Source of the DNA: Gemmatimonadaceae bacterium
GTDB lineage: Bacteria > Gemmatimonadota > Gemmatimonadetes > Gemmatimonadales > Gemmatimonadaceae
Assembly: GCA_035265545.1 (NCBI GenBank)
Contig: DATFOL010000164.1
Span: forward strand, 1 to 42,985
DNA length: 42,985 nt
Direction: 5' to 3'
Position numbers and translations under genes: made by a program
Part shown: positions 9,103 to 17,371 of the stretch, one piece after another
Position numbering within the stretch: position 1 is the stretch's first letter
Layout of the letters: each line of letters starts with the position of its first letter
Notes under the pieces: generated by a model
The model's input: the letters and a program-made list of their open reading frames with translations, nothing else
Database searches by the model: none
What the model was told of the DNA's origin: nothing

Positions 9103-10641
9103 TCATGCCATCAGTTGCGTGTAGCCGACGCTCGGACGGCTGGATGGTCCGGTCGCGACGTCGCGGATGCTGACGGAGTCCGCGACAGGTGCGGTAAGCG
9201 GAAGCCAGAGCGTGCAAACTGCGCCGAACCCGTCCTCAGCGCCCATGGTGATCTCGCCACCGAGCGCGCGCGCCACGCGGCGACTCATCGCCAGACCAAC
9301 CCCCGCACCCGGCGCGACCGCATGCGCGCCGGGCATGCGAAAGAACTCCTCGAAGATCTGCTGGCGAAATGCGGCGGGAACTCCGGGGCCGGTGTCGGCC
9401 ACCTCGACGGCGATCCACGGACCCGAAGGCAAGTCACCGGAGGGCGAACGGATCGTGGCCCGCAGGCGGACGTGTCCACCTCTCGGGGTATACTTGATCG
9501 CGTTCGAGAGGAGATTGCCGACCACGTGCGACACGTACGAGGGGTCGGTCTCGATTGGAGGGAGGTCAGGAGAAAGATCAGTTCCCAGGGCCAGCCCGGC
9601 GCCCTCTGCCTTCGCACCGTAATCGGAAGCGCATTCGGCGAGGAGCTGGCCGAGGTCCACGCGCCGTCGGCTCACGGGAAGCGTGCCTGCGTCGGCGCGC
9701 GCAATCTCGAGCGTATCGGAGACCGCCGTGATCGCCTGATCGATGAGGCGCCCGATCCGCGTCACGTGATCCCGCTGCACGACCGTCAGCGATCCGACGA
9801 TCTCGTCGCGCAACAGCGCGGCGAATCCCGTTGCCGCCCAGAGGGTGTTCTTCAGGTCGTGCGTCAACCCGCGCAGCAGGGCCACCTTCTGCTCGGCGGC
9901 GCGGACGAGCGCCATCCGGTTCCGCTCCGCCTCGTCGGCGAGCGTGGCCATCCGCCGTCCAACCCGATAGACCGCGACGACGATGCCGAGAAGGAGCGGG
10001 ACCAGCACGGTTGGCAGCAGCATGTCCAACGCTTCGAGCGACTGGACCTGCGCGCTCTCGCGAGCCTCACGTACGGCGAGCGCGCTGTCGAGCTGCACCG
10101 CGGCGGCGAACAGCGAACTCACACGTGCGGCGTCCTGGGCGCCGGCCGTCGTGGGCGCGCGTGCGTCGTCGTCGCGGGTGCGCTCGGAATGTGGACCCAG
10201 GTCCGTCCGCTCCTGCGCCGCATACCATCCCGCGCTCACGTCGAGGAGCCGACGAGCGTTGCGCGCGACGGCGGCATCGGGGCCCACGGAGAGTGCTTCG
10301 AGCGTCTCGTACCACGCGCCATCCCTTGGAATCCGCTCGCCGAGCAGGCGCGAGAGGGCAGGCTCGCGGCGCGACGCCACGTCGAGGAGCAACTGCAGCT
10401 CGGCCTGGTGAACGAGACGGCGTGATCGCGCCGTCGTGGAGATCAACTCGTGCCGGACTCGGGCCAGTCGATGGCTCACGACCAGCGGCACCGCGACGAG
10501 CGCCGTGAGGGCCAGCAGCGCGACGATGAGCGGAGTGAGATTCGGCCCTGGGTGGGGCAGCGATGCCGAGGCGACCAGCACGGACGTGTGTGGATCACCC
10601 GGGGCTTCGGAGGCGTGACGACCGAATGCGATGAAGCGCAT
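9103..10641 (-). CDS. Sensor histidine kinase (two TM segments, periplasmic helical sensor, HisKA + HATPase_c); no adjacent response regulator
   Basis: H-box LRGLTHDLKNTL, N-box NLLSNAIKYT, G1 DTGPGV, G2 GAGVGLAM. TM1 is LTPLIVALLALTALVAVPLVV and TM2 is LLPTVLVPLLLGIVVAVY. The start could be 10641 (MRFIAF...) or 10725. The stop lies 22 nt upstream of the mprF ATG. Confidence 0.85.
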   Translation of the reverse strand: MRFIAFGRHASEAPGDPHTSVLVASASLPHPGPNLTPLIVALLALTALVAVPLVVSHRLARVRHELISTTARSRRLVHQAELQLLLDVASRREPALSRLLGERIPRDGAWYETLEALSVGPDAAVARNARRLLDVSAGWYAAQERTDLGPHSERTRDDDARAPTTAGAQDAARVSSLFAAAVQLDSALAVREARESAQVQSLEALDMLLPTVLVPLLLGIVVAVYRVGRRMATLADEAERNRMALVRAAEQKVALLRGLTHDLKNTLWAATGFAALLRDEIVGSLTVVQRDHVTRIGRLIDQAITAVSDTLEIARADAGTLPVSRRRVDLGQLLAECASDYGAKAEGAGLALGTDLSPDLPPIETDPSYVSHVVGNLLSNAIKYTPRGGHVRLRATIRSPSGDLPSGPWIAVEVADTGPGVPAAFRQQIFEEFFRMPGAHAVAPGAGVGLAMSRRVARALGGEITMGAEDGFGAVCTLWLPLTAPVADSVSIRDVATGPSSRPSVGYTQLMA

Positions 10642-10772
10642 GTTGTGTCGGGTGGATGGCCACACGGACCAGGGTGGCCGCGACCAGGAGCAAGTGCGGA
10701 CGGAGACGTCTTCCGACGGAAACATGCATGCTGGCCGACGCGCGAAGCTTGTACCGGATTGTCACCGGAAGC

Positions 10773-12359
10773 TCACCGCGCGGCGGTGGGTACGGGTCCG
10801 GTGAGCGCGCGCACGATGTCGCGCGTGATCTCGTCTTGTAGCGCGAACAGGTCTCGAGCTGGCCGTTCGTACGTCGCGGACCACCGTGCGAGCCCATCAC
10901 CGGCGCTCGTGAGCTGCGTGGTGATCCGCAAGCGAGCACCCGAGCGCTCCACCGTGCCCTCGAGCACGCGGCTCACCTGCAGTGAATCGGCGATCGCGAT
11001 CACAGTGAGATGACGTGCCTCGAGGGCAGCTGCCGAGGTACGCGACGCGATGCGCAGCATCGGCAGGGTTCCGAGCACGCTCGTGAGCTCATCAGCGAGC
11101 CCGTTGGCGAACGCTCGCTCGACCGAATCATCCGCGACGGTCGCGAACGGAAGCACGGCGATGGCGTTGGGCGGCGGATTAACGATTGACCGCCCGGCAC
11201 CCGACGTCACGACGGTCGGCCGACTTGCTACCGCCGCGGTATGCCTGAAAAACGTCCAGAGAGGAAGTGCCGCGCTCGCGGCGAAGATCGCCGCTGCGGC
11301 AGCGAGCGGCACCCACCGCATCCGGGACCATCGACCGGACCCCTCGACTACGGCGTCCTCGCCGACGCCAGCCTCGGGACGCGCCGAAGTCATCGGGCGC
11401 TCCGTCGCGCCGGTCGCGTCCTCCAGCACTCGCAGCACCTCGTCCGCGCTCTGCGGTCGATCGGCAGGACGCTTCTCCAGAAGGCGTGTGACGAGCTGCG
11501 CCAGCCAGGGGGGCGTCCCCGGGCGCCGGATCGCGAGGGGCGGTGGCTCCTCAGTGCGATGCGCGGCGAGGAGCGCCCGGGTGGCGCGCTGCACGAACGG
11601 CGGTTGTCCGGTCAGCATCTCGTACGCGACAACCCCAAGCGAGTAGAGATCGGTGCGATGATCGATTGCGGGATCGGCCGCCGCCTGCTCCGGCGACACG
11701 TACGCCGGTGTGCCGACCGCGATCCCCGTGGCCGTGACGTGTTGCTCCATTTGACACTCAACCGGTGATCGAACGCGGTCAGGGGGAGGCACGTCGCTTT
11801 TCCGCCGCTCACCGCCGCCACCACGCCTCGCAGCGACCGAGAGTGCCTTTGCGATGCCGAAGTCGGTGAGCAGCGCCGTGCCTTGCACGAGCAGCACGTT
11901 CTCCGGCTTGAGATCCCGATGCACGACTCCGTGCGCGTGCGCGTAGGCGAGCGCTCTCGCGAGGTCGCGTACGATCGACACGACCTCCGGGGTCGTGAGC
12001 TCGCCGTCACGCCCGAGCCGCGCGTGCAGTGACTCGCCCTCGACGAAGGGCATCGTGTAATACAGGATTCCACGTCCTTCGGCCGCGGCGAGGAGCGGGA
12101 CGATGTTCGGGTGCGTCAGCCGAGCAGCGAGTCTGATCTCACGTCGGAAGCGCGCCACGTTCACCGTCGCGCTGAGCTCCTCGGGCAGCACCTTGAGCAC
12201 GACGCGGCGGTCGAGGGCCGTCTCCATGGCGAGAAAGAGATGCGCGCTCGCACCGGTCGCGATCTGACGCTCGATCGCGTACGCCGTGCCGACCAGCGCC
12301 TGAATCTCTTCGCGGAGCACGGGCGCCGCACGCGCCACCGGCGACTGGTATTGGGTCAT
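10773..12359 (-). CDS. Hanks-type Ser/Thr protein kinase with TM segment and TolB-N/FlgO-like extracytoplasmic domain
   Basis: Kinase motifs VVLKVL (Lys), HRDLKPENVLL, DFGIAK and GTPAYVSPEQ. TM is WVPLAAAAAIFAASAALPLWTFF. C-terminal domain: IAVLPFATVADDSVERAFANGLADELTSVLG...LEGTVERSGARLRITTQL. Confidence 0.88.
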   Translation of the reverse strand: MTQYQSPVARAAPVLREEIQALVGTAYAIERQIATGASAHLFLAMETALDRRVVLKVLPEELSATVNVARFRREIRLAARLTHPNIVPLLAAAEGRGILYYTMPFVEGESLHARLGRDGELTTPEVVSIVRDLARALAYAHAHGVVHRDLKPENVLLVQGTALLTDFGIAKALSVAARRGGGGERRKSDVPPPDRVRSPVECQMEQHVTATGIAVGTPAYVSPEQAAADPAIDHRTDLYSLGVVAYEMLTGQPPFVQRATRALLAAHRTEEPPPLAIRRPGTPPWLAQLVTRLLEKRPADRPQSADEVLRVLEDATGATERPMTSARPEAGVGEDAVVEGSGRWSRMRWVPLAAAAAIFAASAALPLWTFFRHTAAVASRPTVVTSGAGRSIVNPPPNAIAVLPFATVADDSVERAFANGLADELTSVLGTLPMLRIASRTSAAALEARHLTVIAIADSLQVSRVLEGTVERSGARLRITTQLTSAGDGLARWSATYERPARDLFALQDEITRDIVRALTGPVPTAAR

Positions 12360-12422
12360 GCACCCAGCCCAGGCCCCAGGGAATGGGGCGACGCGATGAC
12401 GCGTGCGACGGGGAAGCGCATC

Positions 12423-13007
12423 TCACGTGCTCGCGTTCGGAAGCTTCTTGAGCACCGCGGAGAGCGTCTTCTCGAGCTGCTTCTCGTACTTGGCCGGATC
12501 GTTCGCGACGGGGGCCGTTCCCTGACCGCGCCATACGAGCTGGTTGGTCTTCGCGTCGACGATGTCGACGATGACCGAGCCCTGGGTGTACTCCTTCACC
12601 TCGACGATGGGACTACCATACCACGGCCATGCCCAGTAGGCGCGTCCCCAGTAGCGGTAGCGATACAGCGGCTCGGGCTGCCAGTACGTCGTATCCATCT
12701 TCTCCCGCGTACCAGCGTAGTAGGCGACGACGAAATCAGGGTGGTCTCGGTTCAGCGCGTAGCCCTTTCCTTCGAGGCCACGCGTGAGGTCGCTCCGCAG
12801 CTCGCGATTCGTGATCGAGTTGTCGAGCATCGGGTCATTCGCCGCGAGAGCTGGTGCGTCGGCGCGGCGCTGGGGCGGCGCGAGAACGCGGAAGGTCTTC
12901 AGGTGCGATAGATGCGCGTCGGGGGCGACCGACGTGCGGACGCGGACGTCAGGTGCGCACGCCGCGAGACCAAGGGCGGCGGTGGTGATCAGCAGGATGG
13001 AGCGCAT
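12423..13007 (-). CDS. DUF4136-like lipoprotein
   Basis: Lipobox signal MRSILLITTAALGLAAC with a strong SD (GAGGAGG) upstream. DUF4136-like pattern (...FVVAYYAGTREK...GSVIVDIVDAKTNQLVWRGQGTA...LEKTLSAVLKKLP). Confidence 0.7.
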   Translation of the reverse strand: MRSILLITTAALGLAACAPDVRVRTSVAPDAHLSHLKTFRVLAPPQRRADAPALAANDPMLDNSITNRELRSDLTRGLEGKGYALNRDHPDFVVAYYAGTREKMDTTYWQPEPLYRYRYWGRAYWAWPWYGSPIVEVKEYTQGSVIVDIVDAKTNQLVWRGQGTAPVANDPAKYEKQLEKTLSAVLKKLPNAST

Positions 13008-13044
13008 GGATACCTCCTCACTCGTGAGATGATGTTTGTGCGGC

Positions 13045-13081
13045 GGGCCGCGTCGCCGAATCTTTCATGGCCACGCGGCCC
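13045..13081 (-). terminator. Candidate stem-loop between the 167-aa secreted-protein gene and the DUF4136 gene
   Basis: Perfect 9-bp stem GGGCCGCGT (13045-13053) / ACGCGGCCC (13073-13081), extendable by GCC/GGC after one mismatch, with an 11-19 nt loop. No U-tract follows on the minus strand, so terminator function is uncertain. Confidence 0.3.
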
Positions 13082-13188
13082 GGTCGTGACCGACGTTGTT
13101 GAACGAGATTGCCACCGATCGTCCACCGGTCGGCGTGGACCGCGTGCCGATCTCGCGACGGTGGACGGTGACCGACGGTCGCAGCGAA

Positions 13189-13692
13189 TCAGGCGCCGAG
13201 AAAGCGCGCGTGGACGTATTCGCCCATACGAGCGTTGTAGACCAAGTACCAGCCCGAATGGTCCGGATCGAGGTAGACGACGAAGTCGTCGCACGTCCAA
13301 CACCAGGGTGCCGTCGTGGCCCATTCCCAATCGGCGATCGCGAAGCGTCCACCCGGCAGCCAGATCTGACGCGCGCCGAGCTCGACGCGGTTGACGCGGT
13401 AGACGTGCTCAGGGCCAATAAGCGCGAAGCGGCCGAACTCGAAGGGATGGGCGAGGCGGAAGCGCGCGTCACTGGACGCGGCGTGGCCATACCAGTGTCC
13501 GTCGCGGACGTACGGTACGGCGACACGCGGTCGGCCGGGTTCGAACATCGGACCGGCGCGGCCGGGTGCGCGCGCGATCGGGGCACGCGGGATCGCGAGC
13601 CCGACGCCGCCCCGGTGCTGGGCCGAGAGCTGCATCGGAAGCGCACCGGCGACGAGCGCGGTGCAGAGTAGGATGGCAAGGTGTCTACGCAT
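13189..13692 (-). CDS. Secreted hypothetical protein (Trp/His-rich, no family recognised)
   Basis: 167 aa with an ATG start and a GGAG upstream. Signal peptide MRRHLAILLCTALVAGALPMQLSAQ. The mature part includes GHWYGH, ADWEWATTAPWCWTCDDFVVYLDPDHSGWYLVYN. Confidence 0.6.
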   Translation of the reverse strand: MRRHLAILLCTALVAGALPMQLSAQHRGGVGLAIPRAPIARAPGRAGPMFEPGRPRVAVPYVRDGHWYGHAASSDARFRLAHPFEFGRFALIGPEHVYRVNRVELGARQIWLPGGRFAIADWEWATTAPWCWTCDDFVVYLDPDHSGWYLVYNARMGEYVHARFLGA

Positions 13693-13770
13693 AACTGCTC
13701 CATGGGCGCCGAAGCGCCGAGTCGAGGTTGATTTGGCGTTGCATCGGAGTACGCGGCGTGAACGGGGTGC

Positions 13771-14436
13771 TCAGTTCCGAGGAACTCTGAGACCCAGATG
13801 CTCCCCCTGTCGCACCTGCATCGTGGTGCTGCCGAGGTCCTCGCCTCCCTCCGGGTGCACGAAAATCTGGATCGACTCGCCGGGCCCCACGACCGACTTG
13901 GGGAAGCGCAGGGTCGCGCGACTCTTCGCGGACACCTCGCCGAGCCGCACGTCGAACTCCCCATGCTCGGCGAAGACGGTCACCGGAACGGCGCGGGGAT
14001 TGTCGACGGTGATCGTGGCGTCCGCCATCTCCTCAGGGGGAATCACGGCCCGCATGTGGTGCACGTTCTGCGCGAAGCCACCGTTCGGCGGGACGATCAT
14101 TCCGATCCGGGCAGGCGGACGGAGCTCGAACTCCTGAGACGCGAGGTCTTCGGCTGCTCCCTCGGGGTGAGCGAACAACCGCACGGTCTCATGACCAACG
14201 AGGGCCGTAGGAATGGGCAGTCTCCGGGTGCGGAGCGCCGGAACGACACCGAGACGCCGATCGAACCGCCCGTATTCCAGATAGATCGTGACGGGACCCG
14301 AGCGGTCGTTCTGCACGGTGACGGTGTTGGCGGCAGTGTCGGGGCGCCCTGCGAGGCGCGCCGTCTGGGCCTGCGCCGGTGCGATCCGCGCGAGCGTCGT
14401 CAGGCCGAGTAGGAGCATCGCTGTCTTGGTCTTCAT
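13771..14436 (-). CDS. Secreted hypothetical protein made of two tandem homologous ~80-aa domains
   Basis: The start is placed at ATG 14436 (MKTKTAMLLLGLTTLARIAPAQA, AxA cleavage site). The upstream part of the 416-aa track ORF is Arg-rich noise. The internal duplication is described in the findings. Confidence 0.65.
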   Translation of the reverse strand: MKTKTAMLLLGLTTLARIAPAQAQTARLAGRPDTAANTVTVQNDRSGPVTIYLEYGRFDRRLGVVPALRTRRLPIPTALVGHETVRLFAHPEGAAEDLASQEFELRPPARIGMIVPPNGGFAQNVHHMRAVIPPEEMADATITVDNPRAVPVTVFAEHGEFDVRLGEVSAKSRATLRFPKSVVGPGESIQIFVHPEGGEDLGSTTMQVRQGEHLGLRVPRN

Positions 14437-14732
14437 GGTTTCCTCGAGAGAATTGGCCGGTGTCGGCGAGTTACCGCCGCGCGCCAGACGCCATCGTCTG
14501 CGCAGTCCGGCGTTGCCCGATGATGGCGGCGTTCTCCGGGCGGGTCTTGTTTGGGGTTGCCCTCGCTCCACGCGCTGGTCATCGCGAACGACACGGCGTC
14601 GGAGTGTACGCCGGGAGTCGCCGAGGCTGCGACGCGCAATCCGGTTCCACAACGCGGCGCAAGCGCCTCGACCGGGCGCGTTCAATGTTGGGCGAGGCCG
14701 CACGGTGCGGTCCATCTTCGCCCGGAGGTTGC

Positions 14733-16193
14733 ATGCGTCTGACCCGAGTCTCGACCATTGCACTAGTCGTTGTGGTCGGGTGCATGCCGCGCACTCCATA
14801 CATCGATGGTATGGCGGCCGCGCCAGCCGCGCCGAACAGGCTGTGGCGTGCACCCCAAACCGCCCGTGCAGCCGACTCGTTGGGCGCATCGCCGGCCATC
14901 CCGTCGGACATCGCCACTCGAGCGAACACGCTGACGCTCGCCGACGCCGTCGAACTCTCGCTGCGCAACAACCCCGCAACGCGCGTGAGTTGGGCGCAGG
15001 CACGTGCGACTGCCGATGCATACGCGATCGCGCGCACCACCTATGTCCCCACGGTAAACGGCGTGATCAGCGACGGGCGCTCGGACCCGCCCGGAGGGGG
15101 CGAGACGGCTGGAGGACTGCGCACCTCGTATGGCGCATCGCTCAGCCTCGCCTACCTCCTGTTCGACTTCGGGGGGCGGAGCGGGACAGTCGCGAGCGCG
15201 CGCAACGCCGCCTTCGCGGACGCGTACACCCACAATCGCGTAGTCCAGACCACAGTGCTCCAAGTGGAACAGGGCTACTTCGGTTACGTTGGCGCTCGTG
15301 CACTGCTCGAGGCCCAGCGTGTCGCGGTGCGAGAGGCACAAGCGAGCTACGATGCAGCACGAGCTAGAGACTCCGCAGGGCTGGCCACGATCGCGGACGT
15401 GCTCCAGGCGCGGACGGCGCTCGCACAGGCCCGGCTTCAGCTTCAGTCGACCGAAGCACAACTACAGACGGCGCGTGGTGCGCTCGCACTGGCGCTCGGC
15501 GTGCCGCCCACGTCGGCGTGGGACGTCGCAGACGGGCCGCGTGACGTGTGCGTCAGTGTCATCGCTGCGAGCGTCGACGCGCTCATCGACGTGGCGCTGA
15601 GCGCGCGACCGGATCTACAGGCCGCTCGCGCGACGGCGGCCGCGGCGCGGTCGGACGTTCGCGTGGCGCGCAGCGCGATGCTCCCGTCGCTCGCCCTCTC
15701 CGCTGGGGACGGCTACACGCATTCGACGCTCGGCGCGCTCACTGGACGCAACTACACGGTATCAGTAGCCGTCCAGATCCCGCTCATCGACGGCGGTGGG
15801 AAGGCCAACGGGGTGGCGCGCGCCCGCGCACTCGCCGACGCGGCGGCAGCGCAGGCGGCCGTCCAGCGTCAGACCGTGATCTATGACGTCTACACTGCGT
15901 ACTACGACCTCAAGACGGCGGCCCAACAGGTGGAGACGAGCGATGAGCTGCTCACCAGCGCGACCGCGTCGATGCGCGCAGCGCGAGCGCGCTACACCAG
16001 CGGTGTCGGGAGCATCATCGACCTGATCACCGCGCAGGCTGCACTGGCCAATGCCGGCGCCCAGCAGGCGCAATCACGTTGGCTCTGGGCGCAGGCGCTC
16101 GCGCGACTGGCCTATACCTCCGGCACGCTCGACACGAGCGGCCGATCGGCCCTGGCCGTCCAGCGGGACGCAGTGCCGCCGAGTCCGCGCTAG
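14733..16193 (+). CDS. Efflux outer-membrane factor lipoprotein (TolC/NodT family)
   Basis: ATG at 14733 preceded by GGAGG. Lipobox ALVVVVGC. Two OEP-like repeats (LTLADAVELSLRNNP... and ...LIDVALSARPDLQAARA...). Coiled-coil-rich, 486 aa. Confidence 0.85.
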   Translation: MRLTRVSTIALVVVVGCMPRTPYIDGMAAAPAAPNRLWRAPQTARAADSLGASPAIPSDIATRANTLTLADAVELSLRNNPATRVSWAQARATADAYAIARTTYVPTVNGVISDGRSDPPGGGETAGGLRTSYGASLSLAYLLFDFGGRSGTVASARNAAFADAYTHNRVVQTTVLQVEQGYFGYVGARALLEAQRVAVREAQASYDAARARDSAGLATIADVLQARTALAQARLQLQSTEAQLQTARGALALALGVPPTSAWDVADGPRDVCVSVIAASVDALIDVALSARPDLQAARATAAAARSDVRVARSAMLPSLALSAGDGYTHSTLGALTGRNYTVSVAVQIPLIDGGGKANGVARARALADAAAAQAAVQRQTVIYDVYTAYYDLKTAAQQVETSDELLTSATASMRAARARYTSGVGSIIDLITAQAALANAGAQQAQSRWLWAQALARLAYTSGTLDTSGRSALAVQRDAVPPSPR

Positions 16194-16228
16194 CGTCATC
16201 AATTCTCGCGACCGACGTGGAGACCATC

Positions 16229-17371
16229 ATGCCGAGTGTCCGCTGGAATCGTTTCGCCAAATCGATTGCCGCCCTATGCGCGGTGGGTCTCGCGGCATGC
16301 TCGAAGCAGCCGGCAGTGCAGCCGGCGCCACCGGTGCCGGTGACGGTCGCTCCGGTGGTGCACGGAAGTGCACCGAACGTGGTGACCGCGAGCGGCACGG
16401 TCGAGCCGATGCAGACCGCGAGCGTCGCGGCCCAGGTCAGCGGGCTCGTGACGAGTGTCGCGTTCCGAGAGGGCGACATGGTTCGACGCGGCCAGGTGCT
16501 GTTTCGCGTCGACCCGCGCCCGTACGCCGCGACGTTCGCGCAAGCGCAGGCCGCTCGCGCGCGCGATCAGGCACAGGCGGCGAGCGCGCGCCGCGACGCG
16601 GACCGCTACGCTGCGCTAGTGAAGAACGACTACGTCACGAAGAGCCAGGCCGACGGACAGAGCGCGACGGCGGCGGCGCTCGCGGCGACGGTGAACGCCG
16701 ACCGCGCCGCGATCCAGAAGGCGCGGCTCGACCTCGACAACACCGTGATCCGGGCGCCGATCTCCGGTCGGACCGGCCGTCTCCTGGTCCACGAAGGAAA
16801 CTTGGTGCAGGGCAGCCCTGCACAGCCCCTCGTGGTCATCAACCAGCTCGATCCGATTCTCGTGCGGTTCGATCTGCCCGCCGCGGAGTTCCCCGACGTG
16901 CAGCGGTACAGCCGCGCTGGGACACTCCCCGTGCACGTCGTTCCCATGGACGGAGGCGTCGACACGGTGCGTGGCCGACTGACCTTCATCGACAACGCGA
17001 TCGACACCACCACGGGAACCCTGGAGCTCAAGGGACAGTTCGCGAACGCGAGTGGGCAGCTCTGGGCCGGACAGTTCGTCCAGGTGAGCCTCCAGCTCGA
17101 TGTGCAGCCGGATGCGCTCCTCATTCCGGCGACTGCGGTGCAGACCGGGCAGCACGGGCCGTACGTGTTCGTCGTCGGCGCCAACGGCCGTGCCGCCATG
17201 CGCAACATCGCTACGGGCCAGACGATTGGGTCGGCCATCGTGGTCACCAACGGCCTGACTGCGGGCGAGCGTGTCGTCACCGACGGGCAATCACGACTCG
17301 GTCCCGGCACGCAGGTGCGGATCGCGGGGGAGGCCAACCCGCAGCGGATCGCGGCGGAGACCACACCATGA
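16229..17371 (+). CDS. Efflux RND periplasmic adaptor (membrane fusion protein), lipoprotein
   Basis: Lipobox AVGLAACS. HlyD/MFP pattern (GTVEP...V.AQVSG.V..V.F.EGD.V..GQ.LF.VDPRPY...L.NT.I.API.G..G). The stop overlaps the RND ATG (ATGA at 17368-17371). Confidence 0.85.
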   Translation: MPSVRWNRFAKSIAALCAVGLAACSKQPAVQPAPPVPVTVAPVVHGSAPNVVTASGTVEPMQTASVAAQVSGLVTSVAFREGDMVRRGQVLFRVDPRPYAATFAQAQAARARDQAQAASARRDADRYAALVKNDYVTKSQADGQSATAAALAATVNADRAAIQKARLDLDNTVIRAPISGRTGRLLVHEGNLVQGSPAQPLVVINQLDPILVRFDLPAAEFPDVQRYSRAGTLPVHVVPMDGGVDTVRGRLTFIDNAIDTTTGTLELKGQFANASGQLWAGQFVQVSLQLDVQPDALLIPATAVQTGQHGPYVFVVGANGRAAMRNIATGQTIGSAIVVTNGLTAGERVVTDGQSRLGPGTQVRIAGEANPQRIAAETTP

